DNA of 64,000 bases from Nitrospirota bacterium (GTDB lineage: Bacteria; Nitrospirota; Nitrospiria; 2-01-FULL-66-17), in the NCBI GenBank assembly GCA_049325335.1, contig JBMOMC010000043.1, positions 277,852 to 341,851 of the forward strand, written 5' to 3'. Numbering within the stretch: position 1 is the first letter of the stretch; every line of letters starts with the position of its first letter. The translations under genes were made by a program, and so were the position numbers. The notes beneath the pieces are model-generated. The model saw only the letters and a program-made list of their open reading frames with translations, did no database searches and had not been told where the DNA came from. Below, piece by piece: positions 8,575 to 17,849 of the stretch.

Positions 8575-11115
8575 ATGGGGAAGCGACGGGCAGTGGCAGG
8601 GCAGTGGGTGGTGTGGGGCGTGCTGGCGCTCGCGGCGGCGGGGTGTAACAGCGGCGGCGGGAGCAGCAGCACGGTGACGGGCGTGGGCCTGGAAATGCCA
8701 ACGGAAGTGTCGGCGGTGCCCGCCAGTGGAAGCGGGGGGTCGAAGATGGTCGCGGCCATGATGGCGCTCGGCGCGGCGGCCGACCCGGGCACGGATTACA
8801 CCAACGCGCAAACCGTGCGGTTCGTTAACGAGCCCACAATCGAACAGTTCGAGATCATCTCGGAGATTCTCGATGCGTTGGCACAAACACACTACGCGGA
8901 CGCGGAGAATATCGGCGCCGGCGCCTACAAGGCCATGATTGCGTTTCAGGACGAAAAAGACGGCGTGGCGACCAAGACGCTCGAGCCCTGGGTCGTCCAG
9001 TCCGACGTCATCACGGAAGGCGGCCAAGCCGTGCTCCGCGTGCGGTTATGGATCGAAGAGAACGACGGCGGGATGGTCCGCACTATCAAGGCCGAGGTCA
9101 AAATTTACGAAGCCGCGACCAAGAATTCGGACGGCTCGTACGCGGATTACGGCGTGTGGACCATCAACGCGAAAATGAGCGAGGACGGCGCCAATTTCTT
9201 TGCGGCGTCCGCGGACCGCGGTTCAAACGGCGAGACGATTTTGCAGCTTCACGAACTGATGGACGAAGGCCCTGGGTTCACGCATGAGGTGAAAGCGTAC
9301 TTGAATAAGTCGGACACCACCGGGCACGGGAAGGTGGAGTATCCGGATTGGAATTCGTGTACCAACTGGCCCTGTACGCCGACCGCTACCACGGCGACGT
9401 ATGCGTATAACAGCACGCACCTCGGCGTCCAACAGGGGAGTGACCCGGCTCAGTACAAGGATCGCACCGCGGTTACGGCGTTGACCAATCGGTACGGCCT
9501 GTTCGACAGCGTGACGGGGGACGATGTCCTCAAGACCCTATCATTCGGGTTCCCGGTGCGATACACCGACGGCGATGGAACGCACTTTGCGTATTACGGC
9601 GCGTGGCAGGGGCGCCACCAACTCTGGTCCAACGGCGGGACGGTGCCGGACGGCACGACCGTGACGCGTGAAGATCATGGGGCGAACCAAACCGCGCAGC
9701 AGTACACCACCGCGTCGTTCACCGGAACGTTGACGAAGCGGACGATGGTGGCCGCGGATATCGCGGATGTGACGAATCTGCCGTTTCAGATCTGGATCAA
9801 CCAAAACGCGGGTTTGATCTATCGGACCAGCGATTCGAGCTGGCACGAGAACCAGTGCCAACCGCCTCCGGGCGGTTGTACGGAAAGTCCCGACGCGTTT
9901 GATCTGAACAAGTTGGTCGTGGAATCCAATAACAACCAGAAGTTCGTCAATATCAATCGGTTCGTCATGGGGTCCGGTATGGTGCAGTACATGTATGACC
10001 CAGCCGGTGACACCACCTTTAATCCCAACAACAACAGCGGACCAGGATTCTACGTGTTAACCGGCTCACCACCAAACTTTACATCGAGCGGGACGCTGTT
10101 GACCCCGACGGACGGCATGGATGTGTGGGCCAACATCGGCGGGTCGATCTACATCGAGTACCAAGGTGAGCCCACCGGCTGGGTGGAAAAAGAATTAGTG
10201 AACTTCAACCAGCAGACGTGGACCCCGGAATTCGGAGACGGAACCAACGACCGGCCCTTTACGCTGGATTTGAACCGGGAATACTACATCAACAACCAAG
10301 GCGCGAACTACGTGGTCAAGAAAACCAATGATTCGCCGGTCACGTATGAAACCATGATCGAACTTCAATCCGTGGCGAATCCGGTCAACGTGGCCACGGT
10401 GTTGAGCGGAGTGGACCATTTCCGCGCGCAATGGGGAGGCAATACGTATACGTTCGATACCGACCCGACCAGCCCCACGTTTCTCAAGTTGCTGTATGGG
10501 ACTGGGACGGACAACCAAGGGAATGCGGTGACGGCGGGCGCAGTGGTCGAAGACGGCCAGTGGGGGTTGGTCGCGCAGGATGCCGGCGACAATGATCTGC
10601 TCGACGGGAACAGCCGTCCAGTGCAGTTCAACTGGGAGTATCCCCGTGACGGCGAAACCTGGGGCATCATGACCTACCTGATCGACTCGAACAGCGATTA
10701 CCACCTGCTCGATGATCCGGTCGCCTTGGCGCCGGTGACGCTGACCAATGGCGCGGGCGATTCCAAGACCCTGTCGCTGCGGTACGACGGCTGGATGCAC
10801 GGGTTGCCGAATCTATTCGAGGAACTGCGTAAGAACGACTTCGTGGTGACGTCGGATATTGCCGACAAGATCATCAACATTCCGGCGGGTACGGAAGTCA
10901 CGGACGCCACGGATTCGTCGCAAAGCTACGTGATCAAACCGCTCGAAGTCAGCGAGTTCCTGGAAGTGGTGGCTGATCCCGGGACGTTGGGCGCGGCCAT
11001 GACCTCGGCATCGGCCGTGGATCTCGACACGGTTCCGGATTTTGTGGAGCACGGCATGGGTGCTATGCCGAGTGTGGACGCTCCCAAGTACTCGGAAGGG
11101 AACCTGATTGAGTAA
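8575..11115 (+). CDS. Large lipoprotein of unknown function (846 aa)
   Basis: GGAGGAGG SD, lipobox AAAGC, Gly/Ser linker, acidic Thr/Asn/Gly-rich beta-type body. Confidence 0.85.
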   Translation: MGKRRAVAGQWVVWGVLALAAAGCNSGGGSSSTVTGVGLEMPTEVSAVPASGSGGSKMVAAMMALGAAADPGTDYTNAQTVRFVNEPTIEQFEIISEILDALAQTHYADAENIGAGAYKAMIAFQDEKDGVATKTLEPWVVQSDVITEGGQAVLRVRLWIEENDGGMVRTIKAEVKIYEAATKNSDGSYADYGVWTINAKMSEDGANFFAASADRGSNGETILQLHELMDEGPGFTHEVKAYLNKSDTTGHGKVEYPDWNSCTNWPCTPTATTATYAYNSTHLGVQQGSDPAQYKDRTAVTALTNRYGLFDSVTGDDVLKTLSFGFPVRYTDGDGTHFAYYGAWQGRHQLWSNGGTVPDGTTVTREDHGANQTAQQYTTASFTGTLTKRTMVAADIADVTNLPFQIWINQNAGLIYRTSDSSWHENQCQPPPGGCTESPDAFDLNKLVVESNNNQKFVNINRFVMGSGMVQYMYDPAGDTTFNPNNNSGPGFYVLTGSPPNFTSSGTLLTPTDGMDVWANIGGSIYIEYQGEPTGWVEKELVNFNQQTWTPEFGDGTNDRPFTLDLNREYYINNQGANYVVKKTNDSPVTYETMIELQSVANPVNVATVLSGVDHFRAQWGGNTYTFDTDPTSPTFLKLLYGTGTDNQGNAVTAGAVVEDGQWGLVAQDAGDNDLLDGNSRPVQFNWEYPRDGETWGIMTYLIDSNSDYHLLDDPVALAPVTLTNGAGDSKTLSLRYDGWMHGLPNLFEELRKNDFVVTSDIADKIINIPAGTEVTDATDSSQSYVIKPLEVSEFLEVVADPGTLGAAMTSASAVDLDTVPDFVEHGMGAMPSVDAPKYSEGNLIE

Positions 11116-11132
11116 CGATTGGTAGATGACAA

Positions 11133-11166
11133 GAAGGGGGAGCGCCTGGCCGGGCGCTCCCCCTTC
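11133..11166. terminator. Hairpin between convergent genes
   Basis: GAAGGGGGAGCGCC-TGGCCG-GGCGCTCCCCCTTC. Confidence 0.75.
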
Positions 11167-11194
11167 AGTGTTTTGGGACCAGGTTGGAGTGGAG

Positions 11195-11800
11195 TCAGCC
11201 CGCGGCGCCGACCGTGGTCCGGCAAGACGCGCAGAGTTTCTTGCCGCCGACTGCTACAAGGCGCTCGATGTTGGTGTGTTCACCGCATCCGCCGCACGGC
11301 TCGGCCTTGTACTTGCCGACCTTGGGCGGGGCCGGGAGCGTGACGCGTTGGATGGTAAAGAGCATGTCTTCGGGTGCGCGGAGGATTTCTTTGATCTTTG
11401 AATTGAGTTCCCGATCGAACAGTTGTTTCTCTTCGAGCGTGGCATCGGGCGACCCCGCGTGTTTGCGGCGTTTGCCGAATGCCCCGTCCGGATCAAACGT
11501 TTCCCAGTATTTGGCATAGATCCGTACCGACACCCCGGATTTGGCGTTTTGGAGGATGTATCCGGGTTTGCCGGTGCCCGCGAGAATCAAGTTGCGTTTG
11601 CCCAACGTGCAGCCGGTAAACTCCTGGATCGCGTCCACCGCGCAGGTTTCGTTTTCCACGATGGCGAACACGTCCTTCATGTTGCGCAGTTCCTTGCCCA
11701 TTTCCCGCACCAGGGCCTTGCCCGCCCGATACCCCATGGCAATATCCAGGCACAGGTGCCGGTGAAAATCCACCACGTCGTCGAACGATTTTTCCATCAC
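11195..11800 (-). CDS. FmdE/FwdE-family protein with C-terminal C4 zinc finger
   Basis: FHRHLC...CAVDAIQEFTGCTLGKRNL; CGGCGE...CASC. Confidence 0.88.
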   Translation of the reverse strand: MMEKSFDDVVDFHRHLCLDIAMGYRAGKALVREMGKELRNMKDVFAIVENETCAVDAIQEFTGCTLGKRNLILAGTGKPGYILQNAKSGVSVRIYAKYWETFDPDGAFGKRRKHAGSPDATLEEKQLFDRELNSKIKEILRAPEDMLFTIQRVTLPAPPKVGKYKAEPCGGCGEHTNIERLVAVGGKKLCASCRTTVGAAG

Positions 11801-11950
11801 AACCTCTCACGGTGAGCCGTGAGGACGCGGGATCAGGCGCGAACCCTCGACGGCAAGCGGATGATCGAATTACGCCCAGTATAGGGGATGCCGCCGGGCG
11901 AAGGCAATCACTGATTGATCGACGCCGAGGGGACTGCTATGATCCCGGGC

Positions 11951-12313
11951 ATGTACATCGAAGTCGAAGACGGACCCAATGGTCCGGGGTGCGATCCCAT
12001 GCGATTTCGCGAGCTCGATCCGCCATGGGTCGTCACGCGGGTCCGGTTGTTCGACCGTCGCGACGACGGCGAGTGGTGCCTGGTGACCGGGGTGAGGAAG
12101 GGGGACGCGCCGTGGGAACCGGCTCGCGTCCGTAAAGTGGAAGACTCCGGCGTGGGCGTGGCATACCTGATTTACGGAGGGCTTTGGGGCATTCGACTGT
12201 GCCCCGCGGACATGGGCAAGCCGTGGCGGTTTGACGACCGTGACCAATGGGGCGCGCCCTACCTGTTGTTGACGGACGCGACGGATATCGTGATGACCCC
12301 TCCCGTGACGTGA
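11951..12313 (+). CDS. Hypothetical protein (alternative start 11939)
   Basis: ORF overlaps the response-regulator start (GTGA); TTGATC-17-TATGAT just upstream. Confidence 0.65.
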   Translation: MYIEVEDGPNGPGCDPMRFRELDPPWVVTRVRLFDRRDDGEWCLVTGVRKGDAPWEPARVRKVEDSGVGVAYLIYGGLWGIRLCPADMGKPWRFDDRDQWGAPYLLLTDATDIVMTPPVT

Positions 12314-13008
12314 AAACCGCCCTCGTCATCGAGGACGAACCCGATATCGTCCGCCTGCTCACGCATTACCTCGAACAGTCCGGCTACCGCGTGCGGACCG
12401 AGACCACCGGGTCGGCCGGTCTCCGCGCGGCGCTCGAACGTGTGCCGGACGTGATTATTCTCGATGTGATGCTGCCGGGACTGGACGGGTACGAGGTCTG
12501 TCGCCGTCTGCGGAACGACCCCGCCACCGCCACGGTGCCCATCCTCATGTTGACCGCCCGAGGGGAGGAAACCGACAAGGTGCGCGGTCTGGAGATCGGC
12601 GCGGACGACTACGTGACCAAACCGTTCAGCCCCAAAGAAATTCTCGCCCGCGTCAAAGCCCTGCTCCGCCGATCCGGGGGAGAGGCCGGCGGGACCAGAT
12701 TGGAGTACGGCGTCCTGACGCTTGATGCCGAGCGGCACGAGGTATTGGTCAACGGTCGGGAGACGACGTTGACCGCCAAAGAGTTCGCGCTGTTGGAATA
12801 TCTGCTGCGTCACCGCGGGAAGCTGGCGACGCGCGAGGCGTTACTCAACTCGGTGTGGGGGTACGACGCCGACGTCACGACCCGCACGGTGGACGTACAC
12901 ATCCGACGCTTGCGGGAGAAGATCCCGTCGCTTGCCGCCGCGATCCACACGGTCAAACCCTACGGGTATAAACTGGCGGAGACCCCTTCGGATCGGGAGA
13001 ACGCATGA
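12310..13008 (+). CDS. OmpR/PhoB-family response regulator
   Basis: Receiver (IEDE, LDVMLP, TKPF) plus wHTH (TRTVDVHIRRLREK). Confidence 0.93.
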   Translation: MKTALVIEDEPDIVRLLTHYLEQSGYRVRTETTGSAGLRAALERVPDVIILDVMLPGLDGYEVCRRLRNDPATATVPILMLTARGEETDKVRGLEIGADDYVTKPFSPKEILARVKALLRRSGGEAGGTRLEYGVLTLDAERHEVLVNGRETTLTAKEFALLEYLLRHRGKLATREALLNSVWGYDADVTTRTVDVHIRRLREKIPSLAAAIHTVKPYGYKLAETPSDRENA

Positions 13009-14408
13009 CCCGCGCCTGGCGCCTCACCGTGGTCGGCGCGGGGGCCGGGGCCGCCATAGCCGGGGTGGCGGCGACGGTCGGTTACGTCACCAGCCCTTCG
13101 GGGAGGAGTTGGTGGCTGCCGTCGATCGGGGTCGCCGTGGGCATGGGCGCCTTGGGCGGTTGGTTCGCGGGGCGGTGGATCGCCCAACGGCTCGCGCCGC
13201 TGATCGCGGCGGCCTCGGACGTGGCCGAAGGCCGTCGTCCGCGCGTTCCCCGCGACGAGGGCGCGCCCGCCCTGGATGAGATCGAACAGTTGGCCTCCGC
13301 GTTGCGGAGCGCGGCGGACGGCGTGGAGCGGCGGGTGGCCGCCGCCGCCGAAGACCGGACGCGGTTCGGCGCGATCTTGTCCGGGATGGTCGAAGGCGTG
13401 CTCGTGTTGGACCGGGCCGGCCGGATCCTGTTGCTCAACCCGGTCATGGAACGCACGTTGGGCGATTCGGCGCGCCGGGCCGTGGGCCGGCACTGGTTGG
13501 AGGTGGTGCGCCAGCACGACCTCAACGAGCTGATCCGCGCCGTGATTCTTCACGCCGAGCCCCGGGCCGCCGCGATCACGCTCGATGATCCCGGCGAGCC
13601 CCGGACGTTCGCGGTGCAGGGGTCGGTGGCGCGGCGGCCCGACGGCGGCGAGGATGACGTGCGCGCGGTGTTCGTGTTCCACGACGTCACCGCGCTCAAA
13701 AAGCTCGAACGCGTACGGTCGGATTTTATCGCGAACGTGTCCCACGAACTGCGCACGCCGCTGACCGCGATCATCGGGTACCTGGAAGCGTTGCTCGACG
13801 GCGCGCAGGATGACGCGCGTCAACGCGAGGAATTCCTTCGTACCATCAAGACCCACGCGGACCGGCTCGGCGCGCTGGTCCATGACCTGCTGCAACTCTC
13901 GCAGATCGAATCCGGGGACTACCGGTGGCGTCACGAGTCCGTGGACGTCGTGGATCTGGTGCGTCGGACTGCGGAAATGCTCCAGCCGCTTGCCCAGCGC
14001 CGTCATATCGCGGTCAAATGGGCGAGCGAGGCGCCTGCGGCGCGGGTGGTGGCGGACGAGGAAAAGCTCACCCAGGTGCTGGTGAATCTGCTGGATAACG
14101 CGGTCAAATACACCGAACCCGGCGGCGCGGTGGACGCGACGGTGAGCGCGTCGGACGCGGGGGTGGTGATCCGCGTGCGCGATACGGGTATCGGCATCGC
14201 TCCGGTGGACCGCGATCGTGTTTTTGAGCGATTTTATCGCGTGGACCGCGCACGTTCACGCGAGTCGGGAGGCACGGGGCTGGGTCTTTCGATCGTCAAA
14301 CACGTGGTGGAGGCGCACGGCGGGACCGTGAGCGTGGACAGCCACGTGGGCCGCGGCTCTACGTTCACGGTGACGCTGCCTCGCGATGGAGAGCATCACA
14401 CGGCATGA
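13005..14408 (+). CDS. PhoR-like sensor histidine kinase (TM-HAMP-PAS-HisKA-HATPase)
   Basis: [40 protein letters not shown]. Confidence 0.93.
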   Translation: MTRAWRLTVVGAGAGAAIAGVAATVGYVTSPSGRSWWLPSIGVAVGMGALGGWFAGRWIAQRLAPLIAAASDVAEGRRPRVPRDEGAPALDEIEQLASALRSAADGVERRVAAAAEDRTRFGAILSGMVEGVLVLDRAGRILLLNPVMERTLGDSARRAVGRHWLEVVRQHDLNELIRAVILHAEPRAAAITLDDPGEPRTFAVQGSVARRPDGGEDDVRAVFVFHDVTALKKLERVRSDFIANVSHELRTPLTAIIGYLEALLDGAQDDARQREEFLRTIKTHADRLGALVHDLLQLSQIESGDYRWRHESVDVVDLVRRTAEMLQPLAQRRHIAVKWASEAPAARVVADEEKLTQVLVNLLDNAVKYTEPGGAVDATVSASDAGVVIRVRDTGIGIAPVDRDRVFERFYRVDRARSRESGGTGLGLSIVKHVVEAHGGTVSVDSHVGRGSTFTVTLPRDGEHHTA

Positions 14409-15196
14409 GCGATTCGTGGTGGTTGCCCGTCCTCTTGGGCGCGGTGGAAGGACTCACGGAGTTTTTGCCGGTCTCATCCACCGGGCACCTGATCCTCGCC
14501 GGTGCGTTGTTGGGATTCACGGGCGAGTTTGCGAAAACGTTCGAGGTGGCGATCCAACTCGGCGCCATCCTCGCGGTGGTCGCGTACTTTCGCGAGCGGC
14601 TGTTCGGGCTGGCGCGCGGGTTACCCACTGATTCCGGAGCCCGCGCGGTGGCCACGGCCGTGATCATCGCGTTCCTCCCCGCGGCGCTGGTGGGATTTGT
14701 CGGCCACGACGCCATCAAGGCGTATCTGTTCAACACGCAGACGGTCGCGTGGTCGCTGGTCGTGGGCGGGGTGGCGATTTTGGCCATCGAGTCGATGCGA
14801 CTAGAGGGCCGCGTCACGCGGCTGGAAGCCGTGGATATCCGGACGGCATTGTGGGTAGGCGTGGCGCAGTGCGCGTCGCTCATCCCGGGCGTGTCGCGGG
14901 CGGGCGCCACGATCATGGGCGGTCTGCTCGCGGGGATGGACCGCAAGACCGCGTCGGAGTTCTCGTTTTTCCTGGCGCTGCCCACCATGTTCGCGGCCAC
15001 GTTCTACGACGGATACAAGAATCGGGCGCTGCTGGTCGAGGAAAACTTGGTCTGGCTGGCGTTGGGATTCGTGTCGGCCTTCATCACCGCATTGGCGGTC
15101 ATCGCCGTCTTCATGCGGTTTATCCAACGGCACACGTTCCGGCCGTTCGCGTATTACCGCATCGTGGTCGGGGGGTGGTTGCTGTTGTTGGCGTGA
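14405..15196 (+). CDS. uppP: Undecaprenyl-diphosphate phosphatase
   Basis: EGLTEFLPVSSTGHL and PGVSRAGATI motifs. Confidence 0.96.
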   Translation: MSDSWWLPVLLGAVEGLTEFLPVSSTGHLILAGALLGFTGEFAKTFEVAIQLGAILAVVAYFRERLFGLARGLPTDSGARAVATAVIIAFLPAALVGFVGHDAIKAYLFNTQTVAWSLVVGGVAILAIESMRLEGRVTRLEAVDIRTALWVGVAQCASLIPGVSRAGATIMGGLLAGMDRKTASEFSFFLALPTMFAATFYDGYKNRALLVEENLVWLALGFVSAFITALAVIAVFMRFIQRHTFRPFAYYRIVVGGWLLLLA

Positions 15197-15305
15197 GCCG
15201 GTAGCCCCGCGTTGCGTGTCGGCGGCCGATACTGGCCGTATCCCCGCGGTTTGGTATACTGTGTCCAGCGCGGGGTCACGTCGGTTTCAGTCACACCAGC
15301 ACACC

Positions 15306-16736
15306 ATGTCGTCGGCACACGGGTCCACTCCAGCAGTCGTCACGCCTCCCTCGCGCGAAGCCGTCCGCCGGAGCCTCACCTATTCCACGCGAGACGGGGT
15401 GTGCGCGTCGGTCATGTCGGGCGTGGGCGACACCTATCTTGGGGCATTCGCGATTTTTCTGCACGCGTCAAACTCGCAGATCGCGTTTCTCACCGCGGTC
15501 CCGCAGTTGTTGGGCGCGTGGTTTCAATTCGTGTCGGTGCGCGCGCTACACCAGTGGCAACGCCGCAAACCGCTGATCATCGCGGGCGTGTTGGGGCAAG
15601 CGTTGACGTGGCTGTTGATCATCGCCACGCCGTTCGCGTTCGACCAGGGCGGGGTGTGGTGGCTGCTGTTGGGCGCCACGTGTTATCACCTCTTGGGCAA
15701 TTTCGCGGCGCCGCCCTGGAACAGCCTGATGGGCGATCTCGTGCACCCCAATCAGCGCGGCCGATACTTCGGGCAACGCAACCGTGCCATGAGCGTGGCC
15801 GCGTTCGCGGCGCTCTGCCTAGGGGGCGTGTTGCTGCACCGAGCCGAACAACGCGGCGCGGTGGTGGCGGGGTTTGTGCTGGTGTTCGTCATTGCATTAG
15901 CCGCCCGCCTGCTCTCCGCCTACTACCTGTCGCGTATGGTTGAGCCCCCCTATGTCTCGACCCATGAGGACCGATTTTCGTTGTGGCAGTTTCTGCGCGA
16001 CGGTCGCCGGACCAACTTCGGACGATTCGTCGGGTACGTGGGCTCGATGCACTTTGCCGTGCAGGTGTCCGGCCCCATGATCGCTCCGTACCTGCTGCGG
16101 GATCTGCGGTTCACGTATCTGGAGTTCATGTTGGCCACGGCGGCCGTGGTGGTGGCGCAATTCCTGACGCTTCCGTGGTGGGGCCGGGTGTGCGATCGGT
16201 TCGGCAATCGGCGGGTCCTGACCGTGACCGGGCTTCTGTTGCCCGTCATTCCGGTGTTCTGGCTCTTTACCACGAGTGTGTCCGGTATTGTCGCGGTCCA
16301 GATGTTCGCGGGCGCGAGTTGGGCGGGGTTTGCGTTGGCGATGGGCAACTTTCTTTTCGACAACGTCAAACCGGCCAAACGGCCGCAATGCGTAGCGGTG
16401 TACAGCGCGGCCAATGCCGGCGGGGTGTTTCTGGGCGCATCGCTCGCAGGTCTGTTGGTGCTCAAGCTCCCGGATGCGATTTCGGTCGGCAGCCTACACA
16501 TACCCCTCGTGTCGAACCTGCAACTGCTGTTTCTCCTCTCCGCCGTCCTGCGCCTTGGGGTGTCGCTCAAATTTTTACCGATGATCCGGGAAGCCCGCGC
16601 AGTCGCGCCGTTCGACGTGGCCGAGGCGTCGCCGCGGTTTTTGGTCATGGGCTGGCAGGCGGGCGCGCGGGTGGTGGGGACGCTCGGACGCGCGGTCACC
16701 GTGGTGATCTTGGTCGTGGTTGGTCAGCGGCGTTGA
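15306..16736 (+). CDS. MFS transporter
   Basis: About 12 TM helices, WGRVCDRFGNRRVL motif A. Confidence 0.85.
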   Translation: MSSAHGSTPAVVTPPSREAVRRSLTYSTRDGVCASVMSGVGDTYLGAFAIFLHASNSQIAFLTAVPQLLGAWFQFVSVRALHQWQRRKPLIIAGVLGQALTWLLIIATPFAFDQGGVWWLLLGATCYHLLGNFAAPPWNSLMGDLVHPNQRGRYFGQRNRAMSVAAFAALCLGGVLLHRAEQRGAVVAGFVLVFVIALAARLLSAYYLSRMVEPPYVSTHEDRFSLWQFLRDGRRTNFGRFVGYVGSMHFAVQVSGPMIAPYLLRDLRFTYLEFMLATAAVVVAQFLTLPWWGRVCDRFGNRRVLTVTGLLLPVIPVFWLFTTSVSGIVAVQMFAGASWAGFALAMGNFLFDNVKPAKRPQCVAVYSAANAGGVFLGASLAGLLVLKLPDAISVGSLHIPLVSNLQLLFLLSAVLRLGVSLKFLPMIREARAVAPFDVAEASPRFLVMGWQAGARVVGTLGRAVTVVILVVVGQRR

Positions 16737-16838
16737 AATTGACTATAAGATAAGTAAAAACAATGTGTTGTATGTTCATGAGACTCCGGTCAGTCCGGAG
16801 CGACTCGCGGGAAAATATGCTTTTTTCGAATACTTTGC

Positions 16839-16868
16839 TTGACACGTTCTCCCGCGAGGGAGTATAAC
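16839..16868 (+). promoter_or_regulatory. Sigma70 promoter
   Basis: TTGACA-18-TATAAC; inverted repeat CTCGCGGGA (16804-16812)/TCCCGCGAG (16850-16858). Confidence 0.55.
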
Positions 16869-16883
16869 GAGGCGGATTCAGGC

Positions 16884-17144
16884 ATGATGCGTCTGGCCCT
16901 GTATGCTGGACTGGCTGTGCTTGCCCTGCTGGTACTCTCCATGTTGGCGGGGGGCGGCCGGGCGCGGCGACGGGCCGGATCGGAGCAACCAGACGACGTC
17001 ATGGTCCGTGATCCGGTCTGTTCCATGTACCTGCCGAAAGCCAAGGCGTTGGCGCGGCGGATCGGTGACGCCACGGTGTATTTTTGCGGCGAGGCGTGCG
17101 CGGACCGATATGAATCGCAACGAAGGGACTCGAAGGCGCCATGA
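16884..17144 (+). CDS. Membrane-anchored YHS/TRASH domain protein
   Basis: N-terminal TM helix; DPVCSMY...YFCGEAC. Confidence 0.8.
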   Translation: MMRLALYAGLAVLALLVLSMLAGGGRARRRAGSEQPDDVMVRDPVCSMYLPKAKALARRIGDATVYFCGEACADRYESQRRDSKAP

Positions 17145-17791
17145 AGCTCTTTATTGATACCGCCAGCTTAAAGGAAATCCGCGAAGCCGCGGCCATGGGA
17201 TTGGTCGACGGCGTCACCACCAACCCCACGCTGGTGGCCAAAGAGGGCCGTCCGTTCCGGCAGATCATCGAAGAAATTTGCCAGGTCGTGGACGGCCCGA
17301 TCAGCGCCGAGGTCACCGCGGTTGACTGCGACGGGATGCTCAAGGAAGGTCGTGAACTCGCTAAGATTCATCCCAACGTCGTGGTGAAGGTGCCATTGAT
17401 TCCCGAGGGGCTCAAAGCGGTCCGTCGGTTCAGCGAGGAAGGGATCAAGACCAACGTCACCTTATGTTTCTCCGCCACCCAAGCGTTGCTGGCGGCCAAG
17501 GCGGGCGCGCATTTTATCAGCCCGTTCGTGGGGCGATTGGACGACGTCAGCGAGGAAGGGATGGGCCTGATTCGCCAGATCGTGACCATTTATCGCAACT
17601 ATGATTTTAAGACCCAAGTGTTGGTCGCGAGCGTACGGCATCCGTTGCACGTGGTGGATGCGGCCATGACGGGCGCGGACGCGGCCACCATGCCGTACGC
17701 GGTGATCATGCAGTTGTCCAAACACCCGTTGACCGACCTTGGGTTGAAACGATTCCTGGCGGACTGGGAAAAGCTCCAAAAGTCACCTTAA
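17141..17791 (+). CDS. tal: Transaldolase, TalC/Fsa family
   Basis: [19 protein letters not shown]; Glu in ISAEV and Phe in SPFVGR favour transaldolase over FSA. Confidence 0.9.
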   Translation: MKLFIDTASLKEIREAAAMGLVDGVTTNPTLVAKEGRPFRQIIEEICQVVDGPISAEVTAVDCDGMLKEGRELAKIHPNVVVKVPLIPEGLKAVRRFSEEGIKTNVTLCFSATQALLAAKAGAHFISPFVGRLDDVSEEGMGLIRQIVTIYRNYDFKTQVLVASVRHPLHVVDAAMTGADAATMPYAVIMQLSKHPLTDLGLKRFLADWEKLQKSP

Positions 17792-17849
17792 CGCGGGGCC
17801 GCGGCGGGCGTCAACCGACCCCGCGGATGCGCTCGAGCGAGGCACGTAC

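Noticed and set aside
6872..11115. Porin-cytochrome electron conduit
   Set aside because: The lipoprotein has no CxxCH motifs and is separated from the porin by a terminator and its own promoter.
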